From IMG/VR virus record IMGVR_UViG_3300036987_000183: 64,000 nt of DNA; one strand, given 5' to 3'. The translations under genes and the position numbers were made by a program. Source of the DNA: an uncultured virus (IMG/VR IMGVR_UViG_3300036987_000183) (Duplodnaviria > Heunggongvirae > Uroviricota > Caudoviricetes). The notes under the pieces were generated by a model. That model saw only the letters and a list, made by a program, of their open reading frames with translations. It was not told the DNA's origin and did not search any database. This document shows, piece by piece, positions 1 through 9,956 of the stretch (within the stretch, counting starts at the first letter, position 1; each line of letters opens with the position of its first letter).

Positions 1-144
1 TTTGTAATCGCTAAAAAGAGGATCTTTTGCCGCTGCGAAGCCGATCAGAGGTTCTTCGAAATACGGTTGATCGCTGTTCGGAAAACAATTTTTCGGACCT
101 TCACGCACAAAGCGAATAATTTCATCACGAATTAAACTTTCCAT
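1..144 (-). CDS. 5' part of host Fe-S/epoxyqueuosine-reductase-like protein (runs off window)
   Basis: Manual translation MESLIRDEIIRFVREGPKNCFPNSDQPYFEEPLIGFAAAKDPLF; the FEEPLIGFA..DPLF motif resembles the N-terminus of deltaproteobacterial QueG-like Fe-S proteins. Confidence 0.5.
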   Translation of the reverse strand, partial: MESLIRDEIIRFVREGPKNCFPNSDQPYFEEPLIGFAAAKDPLFSDYK

Positions 145-301
145 TATCACTCCGGGACTATCTGTATCGTCAAATTTCCCTTGATTTTCTATTATATTGC
201 ATCTGGACTATTTGCGCCATAAGGCTTGACATATTTATGCTTTTATGCAATAAAAGGCAACGTTTCAGATGCTTGCAATGTTTGCAAATGCTAGTAGTTA
301 C

Positions 302-326
302 GCCACCTTAGCTCAGTTGGTAGAGC
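302..326 (+). repeat. att core, left copy (5' 25 nt of tRNA-Thr)
   Basis: GCCACCTTAGCTCAGTTGGTAGAGC identical to 45601-45625; followed by a second GGTAGAGC (327-334) instead of the anticodon arm. Confidence 0.92.
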
Positions 327-348
327 GGTAGAGCGCAAATGTAGATAT

Positions 349-383
349 AAAAGCCGTAAGATTTCGATCTTACGGCTTTTTTT
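349..383. terminator. Probable bidirectional intrinsic terminator
   Basis: AAAAGCCGTAAGAT-TTCG-ATCTTACGGCTTTT followed by more T; lies between the left att site and the integrase stop. Confidence 0.8.
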
Positions 384-450
384 GTGCCTTTTGCTCTACA
401 TTGTCAGTTTTTAACTTTTCAGAAAATAGCATATTGTTTAACGATACCGG

Positions 451-1917
451 TTACTTGCGTTTTGTAGACTTTGGGCCGCATTTTGCCGGCGGGGGCAGGT
501 GGATTCTGGCGAGGGTTTCTCCTGTGGCTGTGCGGGGGAACATGTAATCGATGGTTGCGTAGTTGGCGTAAAGGCGGATTTCGTTGACGAAGAGTGAAAC
601 GGCTGCGCGCTGCTCGAGGAGATCCAGTTCTGACCAGTCGGTTACCAGGGCAGCCAGGGCATCCCAGTCAGGTTCGGCTATGTGGGTGGGGTTGATTCCG
701 GAGCGCTGCTTTTTGATAGATTCGAGGCCTTGTTCGATTTCCTTTCTTTTTTCTCTGGCATCGGCAAAATCGATTACACCGTCGGCCACGGCTGCGACGA
801 GGCGCTGTTTTTTAGTGTTGAGAAGGGTTTCCTGTGCATCCAGGTCGGCGAGCCGCTCTGTGGTGTTCTGGGGCGTTTGGGAGGTTAACCAGAAGGTTCG
901 GATCTGATCCAGATCGGCGAGGGTGCCGAGGAGGTTGGTGGTGATGCGCTCGTCAACGATAGTTTGCCGGTGCATGCGGGATTTTTCGCAGAGCCGGGCG
1001 GTTTCATTGGCCTTACAGCCGTAGTATGCGTATGCCTGGCGGGTGGTTGGCGACCAGGACCGGATTGATCGGCCGCAATAACCACAGACGAACAGCCCGA
1101 GATTGCTGAGCAGGCTGGCGGCGGTGTTCCGGGTGTAGCCTTTTTTCCCGCTCCGACGATGGGCCTTGATTCTTTCTGCCTGGGTGGCGTCCATGCAAGG
1201 CTCCCATTCGCAGATGATATGGGGCCCTCCGGAGAGATCCGGCCGCAATGCCTGGTAGTAGAGCAGGCGCTCATCAGAGATTGCCCTGCGGACGGTGATG
1301 AGCGGCAGGCCGAGTTGGGTGGCTACCTGTCGAGCGCTCATGGTTTCGGCCAGGGCCCAGACCTTTTTCATGGTGGCGAGGGATTCCGGATCGATTATGG
1401 GCTTGCCGGTGTTTTTATCGTAGACGTAGGGCGGCGGTGTCTTGCCGCCGAGGAATTTGCCGGTACTGCGGGCCTGATCGCGTCCTTCCTTCATCCTGGA
1501 CTGCAGCACCTTCATTTCGACTGAGGAAAACCCGCCTTCCATGAGCAGCAGCATCCAGTCGGAGTGCTGCGCCGGGTCGAGGATCCGTGACATGGTGGCG
1601 AGGCGGACCTTGTGCTCGCCGCAGAGGTGCAGCCAGGCCACATAGTCCTGCAGGGAGTCGTCACGGGAGAGTCGGGAAAGCTCGATGGTGAGAATGATAT
1701 TGACCTTGCCGGCACGGATGTCCGCCTCGAGGCGGGCTCGTTCCTGGAGGTCTTCGGTTTTGCCCCGGGCGGCCGATGCGTGGCCGTCGTCATAGACTTC
1801 GTATTGCCAGCCCTGGGAGTGTGCGTAGGTGGGGAGTTGTTCGCGCTGGACGGTGAGCCGGTGGGCTGGCTTGTCACCGTCCTTGCGAGACTTGCGGATG
1901 TAGATTGCTGCGGTCAT
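451..1917 (-). CDS. Large serine recombinase (phage integrase)
   Basis: N-terminal AIYIRKS catalytic motif, ELSRLSR, recombinase domain, CGYC...C..C zinc ribbon and coiled coil; likely ATG at 1917. Confidence 0.92.
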   Translation of the reverse strand: MTAAIYIRKSRKDGDKPAHRLTVQREQLPTYAHSQGWQYEVYDDGHASAARGKTEDLQERARLEADIRAGKVNIILTIELSRLSRDDSLQDYVAWLHLCGEHKVRLATMSRILDPAQHSDWMLLLMEGGFSSVEMKVLQSRMKEGRDQARSTGKFLGGKTPPPYVYDKNTGKPIIDPESLATMKKVWALAETMSARQVATQLGLPLITVRRAISDERLLYYQALRPDLSGGPHIICEWEPCMDATQAERIKAHRRSGKKGYTRNTAASLLSNLGLFVCGYCGRSIRSWSPTTRQAYAYYGCKANETARLCEKSRMHRQTIVDERITTNLLGTLADLDQIRTFWLTSQTPQNTTERLADLDAQETLLNTKKQRLVAAVADGVIDFADAREKRKEIEQGLESIKKQRSGINPTHIAEPDWDALAALVTDWSELDLLEQRAAVSLFVNEIRLYANYATIDYMFPRTATGETLARIHLPPPAKCGPKSTKRK

Positions 1918-2231
1918 TAATCTTCCAAAAACCAGTCTTTCTTCGGGTCCATATCTTCGCCCTTGATGACCCATTTACCGGTGCAGGCATCGTGGACAAA
2001 ATTCCCGGCCATTTTGTATTTGGTGCCGCCGGTGAGAGACATTGTTGCAAACCAGAGGATGCCACTGAATGCGCAAGATGCCGCCTTGGCCGGGATAAAT
2101 ATTGCATTACTAACACCAGCCCCTCCCCATGATCCTCCGTCTACCTCCGCGTCATCCGCCCAGCATGCCGGAGTAAAACCGGCAATTAATGTCATCGTCA
2201 GAGCGAGCACAACCAAACGTTTCGAAATCAT
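1917..2231 (-). CDS. Small exported/membrane hypothetical protein
   Basis: Signal-peptide-like N-terminus; GGAGG RBS; stop codon overlaps the integrase start. Confidence 0.6.
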   Translation of the reverse strand: MISKRLVVLALTMTLIAGFTPACWADDAEVDGGSWGGAGVSNAIFIPAKAASCAFSGILWFATMSLTGGTKYKMAGNFVHDACTGKWVIKGEDMDPKKDWFLED

Positions 2232-2325
2232 ACCTGCCTCCTTTGATTTTTTACCGGACTTGCCGGTTTGCCACTGTCTTTGAGGGGTTTCCGGATGGAA
2301 CTATGAAGGCGAAGCTTTCCTGGAC

Positions 2326-2730
2326 TTAAAAATTACAGAGATCGTAAACCATTTGTTCACCCAACGTGCCTGGCTTGTAGTCTCCCCCTTCTTCAGCGAT
2401 GACTTGGCCGTTTTTGATGAGTACAAAAAACAAGCTACTACCGGTGTATCCTCCCATCCTGTTTTTTGCATTAACCGAGACACAAACCCTGTGACCAAAC
2501 AAAAGGTTTCTATAATTTCCGTACCATCCACCAGTTGGCCCTTTCCAGTCTGAAAATACCGCACTATATGGGTCAACAAGCCTTCTGGATATAAACTCCG
2601 TAGTGATTTCTTTGTAATTGTCAGGATATTTTCCGTAGTCTGCATTTATAATTTGTTCTTGGGTAGGTTTTTTCGAAACCATGCAACTGGACAACGAGAC
2701 ACAAATAAATAGTAGCAAGAATACTCTCAT
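2326..2730 (-). CDS. Lipoprotein (possible superinfection-exclusion or moron product)
   Basis: Hydrophobic N-terminus with lipobox LSSC; conserved-looking VNAKNRMGGYTG motif. Confidence 0.7.
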   Translation of the reverse strand: MRVFLLLFICVSLSSCMVSKKPTQEQIINADYGKYPDNYKEITTEFISRRLVDPYSAVFSDWKGPTGGWYGNYRNLLFGHRVCVSVNAKNRMGGYTGSSLFFVLIKNGQVIAEEGGDYKPGTLGEQMVYDLCNF

Positions 2731-3102
2731 CTATTCCCTCCATTTTAGCCGCATCTCGTAAGCGGCCAGGTCGTTTACTAGCTCCAGGACAAGGGCCTGC
2801 CCCTCTACCGACAGGGTTTTGCATGCTTCGGCAATTTTAGCGATAGTTTCGCTGTCCGATATTTCCGGAGCATAAAATTCCGACGGATCGATATTGAGTG
2901 TTTCGGCCAATTTACATACCACTTGTTTACCTATTCCCCCGTGGCCTGATTCGATCTGCCCGATATACGAGACTCCGGAGAGGTTGGCCAACTCCCGTTG
3001 GGATAGCCGGAACTGTTTTCTCAAGCGTACCAGATTTTTCCGGACGCGCTTATCAATGTCACATTTTTTATAATTATTGAGCTTTGTCTCATAGTGTAAC
3101 AT
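2731..3102 (-). CDS. XRE-family HTH regulator
   Basis: LRKQFRLSQRELANLSG..YIGQIESG HTH pattern. Confidence 0.8.
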   Translation of the reverse strand: MLHYETKLNNYKKCDIDKRVRKNLVRLRKQFRLSQRELANLSGVSYIGQIESGHGGIGKQVVCKLAETLNIDPSEFYAPEISDSETIAKIAEACKTLSVEGQALVLELVNDLAAYEMRLKWRE

Positions 3103-3241
3103 ATAAAAATCTTTAGCTCCGAAAGCGCGGGTTTGAAGCGCTTAGTGTTTCATGGATTTTTTTGCTGGTTTGAGGCCGGTTTTTCGCGTGGCCGCTTAGC
3201 AAAATACTAAAGATTTTTACGTGTTAGCGTTGACCCAATTA

Positions 3242-3610
3242 TTAATTGGCTCTATTTTTGCTGTTGCTTTCCGCTGTTACGGCCTCAATCAGTCGCGTGA
3301 CCAAATCTCGTATTTCTGGTGATACGCGGCGCAGATCCTGAAAGAGCTTTAACTCATCACTGGTGAGCTGGATGGTCTTACCGTCGGGCGTGCCGGCCAT
3401 GTGGCCTCCGTGCAGTATCCATTCATAGGAGGTTTTTCCGATTTCGGCCAGCGTGATGAGGGTGTCTACGGTGGGCAGCGCGTCGCCGGTCTCATAGGCG
3501 GAGATGGCGGAGCCGGTTTTGAGTCCGAGCTGCTTCGCCAGCTCCTGCTGGGTGAGGCGGAGACGGTGTCTTATTTCCCTGATGCGCTGACCGATACCTG
3601 ATGCATTCAT
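3242..3610 (-). CDS. XRE-family HTH regulator
   Basis: IGQRIREIRHRLRLTQQELA...ISAYETG...WILHG. Confidence 0.85.
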   Translation of the reverse strand: MNASGIGQRIREIRHRLRLTQQELAKQLGLKTGSAISAYETGDALPTVDTLITLAEIGKTSYEWILHGGHMAGTPDGKTIQLTSDELKLFQDLRRVSPEIRDLVTRLIEAVTAESNSKNRAN

Positions 3611-3881
3611 GCCCCCATTAAAAGCGCCGCAATAAAAATGTCAAATAATATCAATATGGTTTGAGTTTTACCTTTCTTGTCAAATATAGATGAACAAACC
3701 GGACCAATAAATGGCCGGATCAACCAAGGAGGAGCAGATGAACGAACCGACCAAACACTGTGATAATCTGTCAGATACGGAAAAGGTGAAGATACAAAAA
3801 ATCTTTATCATGTCCAGCTTGCCGCCCAAGTTGCTGTTGCGGGCACTGGTGGCGGTGGTTATGAGGTCGTAACGCCCCCCC

Positions 3882-4376
3882 CTACTTATCGCCCTCCGCC
3901 GCTTGCTCCTGGTGAGCGGCTTCTTTTTCCAGCCTGCGTTTTGCGTCCTTCAGAAAATCCCCCAGGTTGATGTAGCCATCCGGCCCGCTGCCGGTGATCC
4001 GCATCTCGCGGATCGTTGCCTCGAGCATTTTTTCTGCAATCACCCTTTCGACACCCTGCTTTTCCAAACCCTCTATAACCCGTTCCAGGTGATCGTGCAT
4101 TATTTCTTCGTCGGTTTTTCCGTCGGGAAGATAGGTCTCGCCGTGTTCGTGGACGATCAGCGTGCTGGGTTCTTTGCCGGTGACAAGCCATTCAATTGTA
4201 ACCTCACCGTATTCAGCAATTTTTGTCAACATATCAATACGGGGGCTACCCTGGCCCCTCTCGTAAACAGATATCGCCGCTTTGCTTATACCAACAGCCT
4301 TCTCAAATTCAACAAGGCTTAGCTTTCCACGAATCTGGCGAATCCTTTTACCTATTTCCGTAATATTTGCACGCAT
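3882..4376 (-). CDS. XRE-family repressor (cI-like)
   Basis: IGKRIRQIR...ISVYERG...EWLVTG; first gene of the leftward operon beside a divergent AT-rich intergenic region. Confidence 0.8.
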   Translation of the reverse strand: MRANITEIGKRIRQIRGKLSLVEFEKAVGISKAAISVYERGQGSPRIDMLTKIAEYGEVTIEWLVTGKEPSTLIVHEHGETYLPDGKTDEEIMHDHLERVIEGLEKQGVERVIAEKMLEATIREMRITGSGPDGYINLGDFLKDAKRRLEKEAAHQEQAAEGDK

Positions 4377-4586
4377 ATTCTATCTTTATATTTATTTATC
4401 CCAAAAAGTCAAATGTATCTTGAATTAAAGTAACATGCGGATTTTTATAAAGAAAACCCGCAAATCAGTCTTTATAAAAAGAATATAATTCTACGGGTAA
4501 AGAAATATTATTGTTGACATTCTATAAATAAAGAATATTATCTCCAAAAAAAGACGTGAGAGCATGCAAACCAAAGGAGGCAGGGG
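4377..4586. promoter_or_regulatory. Divergent lysis/lysogeny control region
   Basis: AT-rich; TTGACA(4514-4519)-16 bp-TATTAT(4536-4541); recurring TAAAGAA/AAGAATAT operator-like words. Confidence 0.55.
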
Positions 4587-4674
4587 ATGAAGAGTTGTTT
4601 GGTTGAGATCCAGCACGAAAGACTTGGCCTTCAGTCTCGGATTGACTTCCTGAAGGCCAAGCGGGAATCGGGCG

Positions 4675-4947
4675 TTAATCGCGAAGCTCTTTTGGCACGG
4701 TCCAATCTTTCATCTCTTCAGCAAAAAGAAATTGAAGGTCGTTGTCGGACAGGCTTTTTACTTGGACGGGAAGCCAATGGTACTTCTCGACAAGGTAGTA
4801 ATGAAGAGCGTCTAGTTTTGTGTGCTTCTTGTACCCTTCTCGGGTTGCCAGAAAATCACCGAAGATGACCAGGTGGTACTTCAGCTCCGCGTCAGCCTCA
4901 CAGATTCTTTTGTGTGCCGCGTACAGCTTGTTTTGATTTTTATCCAT
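4675..4947 (-). CDS. Hypothetical protein
   Basis: ORF with strong GGAGG RBS before MDKNQNK. Confidence 0.6.
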   Translation of the reverse strand: MDKNQNKLYAAHKRICEADAELKYHLVIFGDFLATREGYKKHTKLDALHYYLVEKYHWLPVQVKSLSDNDLQFLFAEEMKDWTVPKELRD

Positions 4948-5041
4948 CTTCACTTCCTCCTTTGTGGTTTTGGTTTGTTTGGCGACGATCACTATAGCAA
5001 AGCGGGGAAGGGTAGTTAAACAATTTTTAAGGAAGTGACGT

Positions 5042-5572
5042 ATGGCAAGTATAACACTGGGTCAAATGATAGCTGAGGAGCGCAAGCGCAGGGGACTGAA
5101 CCTGGACCGGTTCAGCGATGCCGTTGGCATGAGCAGGAGTAACCTGTGCGTTATCGAAAATGGCGGGCTGAAGAATGGACCTGATCCGCAGACGGTTATC
5201 AAGATGTCGCAGGTGTTGCAATGCGAGGGGCTTTTATACAAGTACCTCGAGGATAATCTGGTCTATCAGATTGTTGCGGCAAAGGTACTGCCTGACCTGG
5301 ACAAATCAGGAAATGATCCGGCAGCCATTTTTGTCCGTTTAGCACGCGAGGCGCAAGATGCGCAGGAAGCAACCTTGGTGCTGGCAGAGATTTTCAGCAG
5401 AGCCGACCAGGTTCGTGATCCCGCTTTTGAGAAGACATTCCAGGAGATGATGCAGAAGCTGGTCGACATGAAGCGCGGGGTGGAGATCCTGGAATCGCAA
5501 CTGGTGGTCTCTCACATTATTAGCCAGGCCGGTCATCATGTTCCGGAGCAGAGGACCGGCACGGAGGGGTAG
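5042..5572 (+). CDS. XRE HTH regulator with CII-like C-terminus
   Basis: LGQMIAEERKRRGLNL...SNLCVIENG. Confidence 0.75.
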   Translation: MASITLGQMIAEERKRRGLNLDRFSDAVGMSRSNLCVIENGGLKNGPDPQTVIKMSQVLQCEGLLYKYLEDNLVYQIVAAKVLPDLDKSGNDPAAIFVRLAREAQDAQEATLVLAEIFSRADQVRDPAFEKTFQEMMQKLVDMKRGVEILESQLVVSHIISQAGHHVPEQRTGTEG

Positions 5573-5574
5573 TT

Positions 5575-7314
5575 ATGGCACGCAAGGGTCGCAAGGATCA
5601 GCCCACCTGGGACCAACTGACCGAGGAGCAGAAGATCCGCTTTGACAAGGGGTTTTCGTTGCTGCTCATGGCCAGGCACAGGCGTCTCGCTCGGGAGGCA
5701 AAGTCATGAATTATTACTCAAGAAAGAGGCGCTCGACACTCGCCGTCCTGGACCTGATGGCAATGCTGGCCCCATGGGTGGTTTTGATGGTCATAGTGGC
5801 TGTACTGGCTCACGCCTGCGGCACGGCAATCGATAAACAACAGCAGCGTTACGAGCTGCCCGCTAAAGATAGGGCGGCGGTGGCGGCGAGCTGGACGGCG
5901 GAAGGGGGCAGTGATGTTCTTCGTTGAGGTAACCAGTAAGAATTGTGTAACCGGCAAAAGCTCTGTGGTGCGGCTGAAGAAGCGGTATAAGTTGCGCGCC
6001 AATGCGGAGTTGGCCGCAGCCCGCATGAACATGGTAGTGCGGCCCGACGGCAAGACAACTACCTGTGAGACCTGGGGGAAGGTTATCCCCATAAAATAAT
6101 TTCCATCGGCGGCGCCGGGTCCCCTCCTTCCTGGCTACGAGTCTGCCACTCTTATGCCGCTTTTTTTACTTGAGAAAGGAAAACTTATGAGAACTGTTCA
6201 AAGAAACATCGTGACAGCACACCTTCTGGCAGCCGTGGCCGCCATCGGAAATACATTCAGTTTCCCCGGAATCCATAGAGCTATCCACTTCGCCCCGGAC
6301 TCCCGCCCTGAATCAAAGTCTTTCCTTGGCTACCACACCTCTCCTGCAGTTTTTTACCGGGGGAAATGCGGTAAACCGCGGAGAACAAACCGCTTAAAAT
6401 TTGCCAAACAAGCAAAGATGCGGCGCAGGAAAGCGGCATAAAAGCCGGGAGAAACCGGCCAGGTTATCGGCAAAGGAGGAAGGGATGCAACTTTATGCCA
6501 CGATCAGAAAGCAAAGCAAATACTCGAATCAGCAGGACTTCGGTTTGAACAAAAAACCCATACCTTTCAAAGTCGAGTTGGATTTTACTGACCCGTACTG
6601 GCCGGTAAAAGGTGGGCGTGGTGGCAACTACACCCTCTACGATGTGGATCTCTGGGTTAGGCGTGGGGACAAATTGCTAAAGACGCCAATGCATACCAGG
6701 CCGTAATAGCGGTTTGATGTGCACAGTTGGAAGTTGACACAAGGAGACATCCATGTGTGACGAGTGCGAGTTTTGGGGTGGTTGTTCGGTTAGAGACGCT
6801 GTCTGTCGGGAGGTCCTGCTCTCGGAGGATCTCTCAAACATGAGGACCAGGGTTCTTGATCGGTTGAAAGACTGCACGTTGTTCCTGATCAGGGAGTCAA
6901 GGAGGTTTGTATGACCACAGTTTGCAGTTTTTGCCAGGGCGTTGTCAGCCAGGATGATGAGCCACCAATTGTCGCGGCCGATGGCATGGAGATGGTTTCC
7001 CACGGGGCGCACCAGGCGTGCATGCTCGAGTTTTACGGCGAGGACTTTGCTGAGATCATTGGAGGGCAACCAACATGATGTTACCAACGATGTGGCAGAT
7101 CGCCCGGCACTATCCGTATTTGATCCCGCTCCTGGTGGCCATCTTGATCCTGACAGCTGTTGGCCATGTGATCGAGTTCACCAAAAAGCTCCTGCAGAAA
7201 AACAATTGCCCCGGCTGCTGTGAGGACAAAGTTGTCTGTCTGGTGGCCTGCGAGAGGATTTCGCGGCGATTGAGTGAGGTTAAGAGCGAGGTAATGAATG
7301 AACCTCTATCATGA
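5575..7314 (+). other. Cluster of small early-region hypothetical genes (e.g. 5575-5709, 5706-5927, 5911-6099, 6154-6441, about 6485-6706, 7075-7314)
   Basis: Tightly packed, start/stop-overlapping small + strand ORFs typical of phage early regions. Confidence 0.55.
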
Positions 7315-7443
7315 GCTCGACCGGATCACCCAGGCGACAGCGGCATCCAGGGTGCGGACACTGCCCCTCGAGGAGGTTGTCTATCTCAACAGCGCAGGCC
7401 GCATAACGCCAGTCGAACAGATCCTCACACAAAAGCCCAGGGT

Positions 7444-8023
7444 GTGCGTGCCGTTAAAGAGGAGATCGTGGTGAAGATGGGTGACTGCCGGCCGATGTCG
7501 GCAAGGATTACCGAGCGGCAATGCGGTATTAACCGGGCCCGTGAACTGTTCTCTTGTAAGCATTGTTTTGGGCTGGAGAACATAACAGAGACCGCTATCG
7601 AGGGGGAGATTGTGAGTAAAAAAGGGAAGTGTGTCAAGTGTAAGCGACCGGATATGGCTATCGTTGCCGCCGGCTTATGTGGCAAGTGCTATCTCGATAG
7701 GAAAAAGGAGATTGAAGCTGCAGCTGCTTCCGGATCTGATGCCAATGAAACACCTCCGGCTGGCAATGAGGAAATTATATCAACCCCGGCCGATCACATT
7801 GTTTCAGTGGCGACCGAGACCACGGCCGGAAGCAACCCTCGCTCGCTCCTCTCAATGATCACCCCCCCCCCCAACAGTAAAATTCGAAGGAATCTTTCTC
7901 GATTTCAGCGCCCATCCCGGCCTCTTGGTGGACTTGGAGGCGATCAGCGACAACGTACCAGGCGACATCTTAGTGCTGTGCTCGATGCTGGTGCAGGGAA
8001 AACTGCGCGGGGTGGTGGAATGA
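7444..8023 (+). CDS. Cys-rich hypothetical protein, probably frameshifted at a C11 tract (7862-7872)
   Basis: CxxC pairs; after the C tract a protein-like +1 frame ends at TGA 8021-8023, overlapping ATG 8020. Confidence 0.45.
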
Positions 8024-8141
8024 TAGGACCTTCTCCGCGATTGAACCAACTCTATACCAGCGACTCTCCATGTTGCCCCCGTCTCCCCCTTAATCAGGGA
8101 GCTGACCAATCGTCCTATTGGATGTGTACCGGGAGGCTATT

Positions 8142-8954
8142 TTGATCACTATCAGACTCAAAGGTGTGGAGGCTACCCTTAAAAACCTGGAGAAGATCCG
8201 TGCCGATCAAATACCTTTCGCTACTGCCAAGGCCTTGACCGATACGGCAAAGCTGGTGCGCGATAGAACAGTCGCAACGATGAAAGGGGTTTTCGATAAG
8301 CCAACTCCTTTTACTCTTAACGCCTTTCAGATTCGGCCTGCCACGAAATCTAACCTTACAGCCAAGGTGGAATTTAAGTATGAACGCCTCGGGTATATGC
8401 GCACCCAGGTTGAAGGCGGTTTCCGTGGTCGAAAGAGATCAGAGTCGGCTCTGCAGAAAACCGGGATGATGCAAGCGGGGCAATCATGGGTACCAGGTAA
8501 GGGCGCTCGCCTTAACCAACACGGGAACATAAGCGGTGGTCAGATCACCCAGTTACTGTCTGTGCTGCGATCTGCTGAGATGACATCCGGGTATAGTGCG
8601 AACGTGACGGCGCGATCGGCAAAGAAGAACCGCAAGTCTCGTGATTATTTTGTTGTGACAAAGAAGCGCGGCGGGCTGGTACCTGGGGTTTACGAGCGAG
8701 TGCAGTCGGGGGCCGGCTTTGGAGCAAAGACGAAGAAGAGCCTACCATTCGGAACCTACCAGAAAGGTAAGACCAAGGGAAAGATATCCTCGGTTATCCG
8801 TGCCAGAGGTGTGAAGCCTGTAATGATCTTCGTTGACAAGGCAGGCTACCAGAAGCGGTTACCTTTCTACGAACTGAGCCAGAAGGTTATCGATCGCAAC
8901 TTCGGCAGGATTTTCCGGGAAGCTGCCGCCTATGCACTTAAAACGGCACGATGA
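8142..8954 (+). CDS. Lambda gpZ/HK97-gp10-like tail completion protein
   Basis: QIPFATAKALTDTAK...FDKPTPFTLNA motif; very basic protein. Confidence 0.6.
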   Translation: MITIRLKGVEATLKNLEKIRADQIPFATAKALTDTAKLVRDRTVATMKGVFDKPTPFTLNAFQIRPATKSNLTAKVEFKYERLGYMRTQVEGGFRGRKRSESALQKTGMMQAGQSWVPGKGARLNQHGNISGGQITQLLSVLRSAEMTSGYSANVTARSAKKNRKSRDYFVVTKKRGGLVPGVYERVQSGAGFGAKTKKSLPFGTYQKGKTKGKISSVIRARGVKPVMIFVDKAGYQKRLPFYELSQKVIDRNFGRIFREAAAYALKTAR

Positions 8955-9417
8955 CAAGGCCCGCTGGGATAAGTAATTCCCTTATCAGCTTGAATATTCC
9001 AAGGAGAGGTAACAGGATGACACTTCAAACAGTAGTGGCCCAAGGCAATGAGAATATTACGCTATATGAGCAGCTGAAGGACCGGCTCTATATCGTGGGT
9101 GTAAAAGAGGGTGAGCGCTTTGATGCGGCACGAGTCAAGGCACTCTCAGGTGCCGATTCTATTCGGTTTCGCCCCGCTCCCGGGACAGCTGTGGGATCAA
9201 ATAAACATGACCACTGAGTGTATTTACCCTGGACGGAGTAAAACGATTCGCCCCGCAGGGGCGCAATTAGAGTTTGTGGGGGTGAAGTCCCCCGGCCGCC
9301 CCTCCCCCCTCCCTTCCTTCAAAAGAAGGTCCTTTCCAATGGTCCTGACGGGGAATGGGGGGGTAATGGCAAGGTTGGCGAACATGAAGATCATGAGAAT
9401 TCAGGCCTCAAACTCGC

Positions 9418-9462
9418 GGGTCCTTCCGGGCCCCCTGACCCTTGCGGGTAATTCGAGCCTCA
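9418..9462 (+). other. Candidate cos site (cosQ plus cosN)
   Basis: GGGTCCT (the lambda cosQ sequence) followed by TCCGG and, about 22 bp later, TTGCGGGTAATTCGAGCC; phage has a GpA-type terminase. Confidence 0.5.
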
Positions 9463-9518
9463 CTGTTTGTTTACGAATAAAGTTTTTTTGAATTTTCCGT
9501 TTTTCATTTTATAGAATA

Positions 9519-9956
9519 TTGGGGAATTCCGGGAGGTTAGCGGCTGTGGTGGAAAAATCAAGAAACAAATTATTTACCTTGGCCGAGGCTGGGGAGTCGT
9601 TCGGCATGGACATGGTGAAATTCGAGGATTGTGCCAGATGGATCATTGCCAGACTTCACCCGAAAGGCGCTGCCTGTCCCCATTGCTCCACAGTCATATC
9701 CGGAGAATCCCGTCTGGAAAAATGGTACCTGTTCGAGCAGCTCCGCTGCCAGTCGTGCCACGTAAAATTCACCGCCGCGACCGGTACCCACCTCAACGGA
9801 AGCAAGCTCGAGATCAGGGAGATATACCTGGTCGCCGCCCTGTCTTCCCTGGGGGTCTCTCCCCTTAAAATAGCCTCCACATTACGCGTCCACGTCGACA
9901 CCGTTGCCAACTGGCAGTCCAAATTCCGCGCCCACCAGGAGCTTGCTGGTGTCTGA
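9519..9956 (+). CDS. Zn-ribbon plus HTH protein resembling the N-terminal half of IS1595 transposases
   Basis: CPHC...RCQSC..KFTAATGT.L.GSKL and HTH (GVSPLKIASTLRVHVDTV); no DDE domain. Confidence 0.65.
   Translation: MGNSGRLAAVVEKSRNKLFTLAEAGESFGMDMVKFEDCARWIIARLHPKGAACPHCSTVISGESRLEKWYLFEQLRCQSCHVKFTAATGTHLNGSKLEIREIYLVAALSSLGVSPLKIASTLRVHVDTVANWQSKFRAHQELAGV

Noticed and set aside
302..340. Second tRNA gene
   Set aside because: Only the first 25 nt match; no anticodon or T arm. It is an att remnant.
9519..9956. Intact IS1595 insertion sequence
   Set aside because: No DDE domain, terminal repeats or target duplication seen
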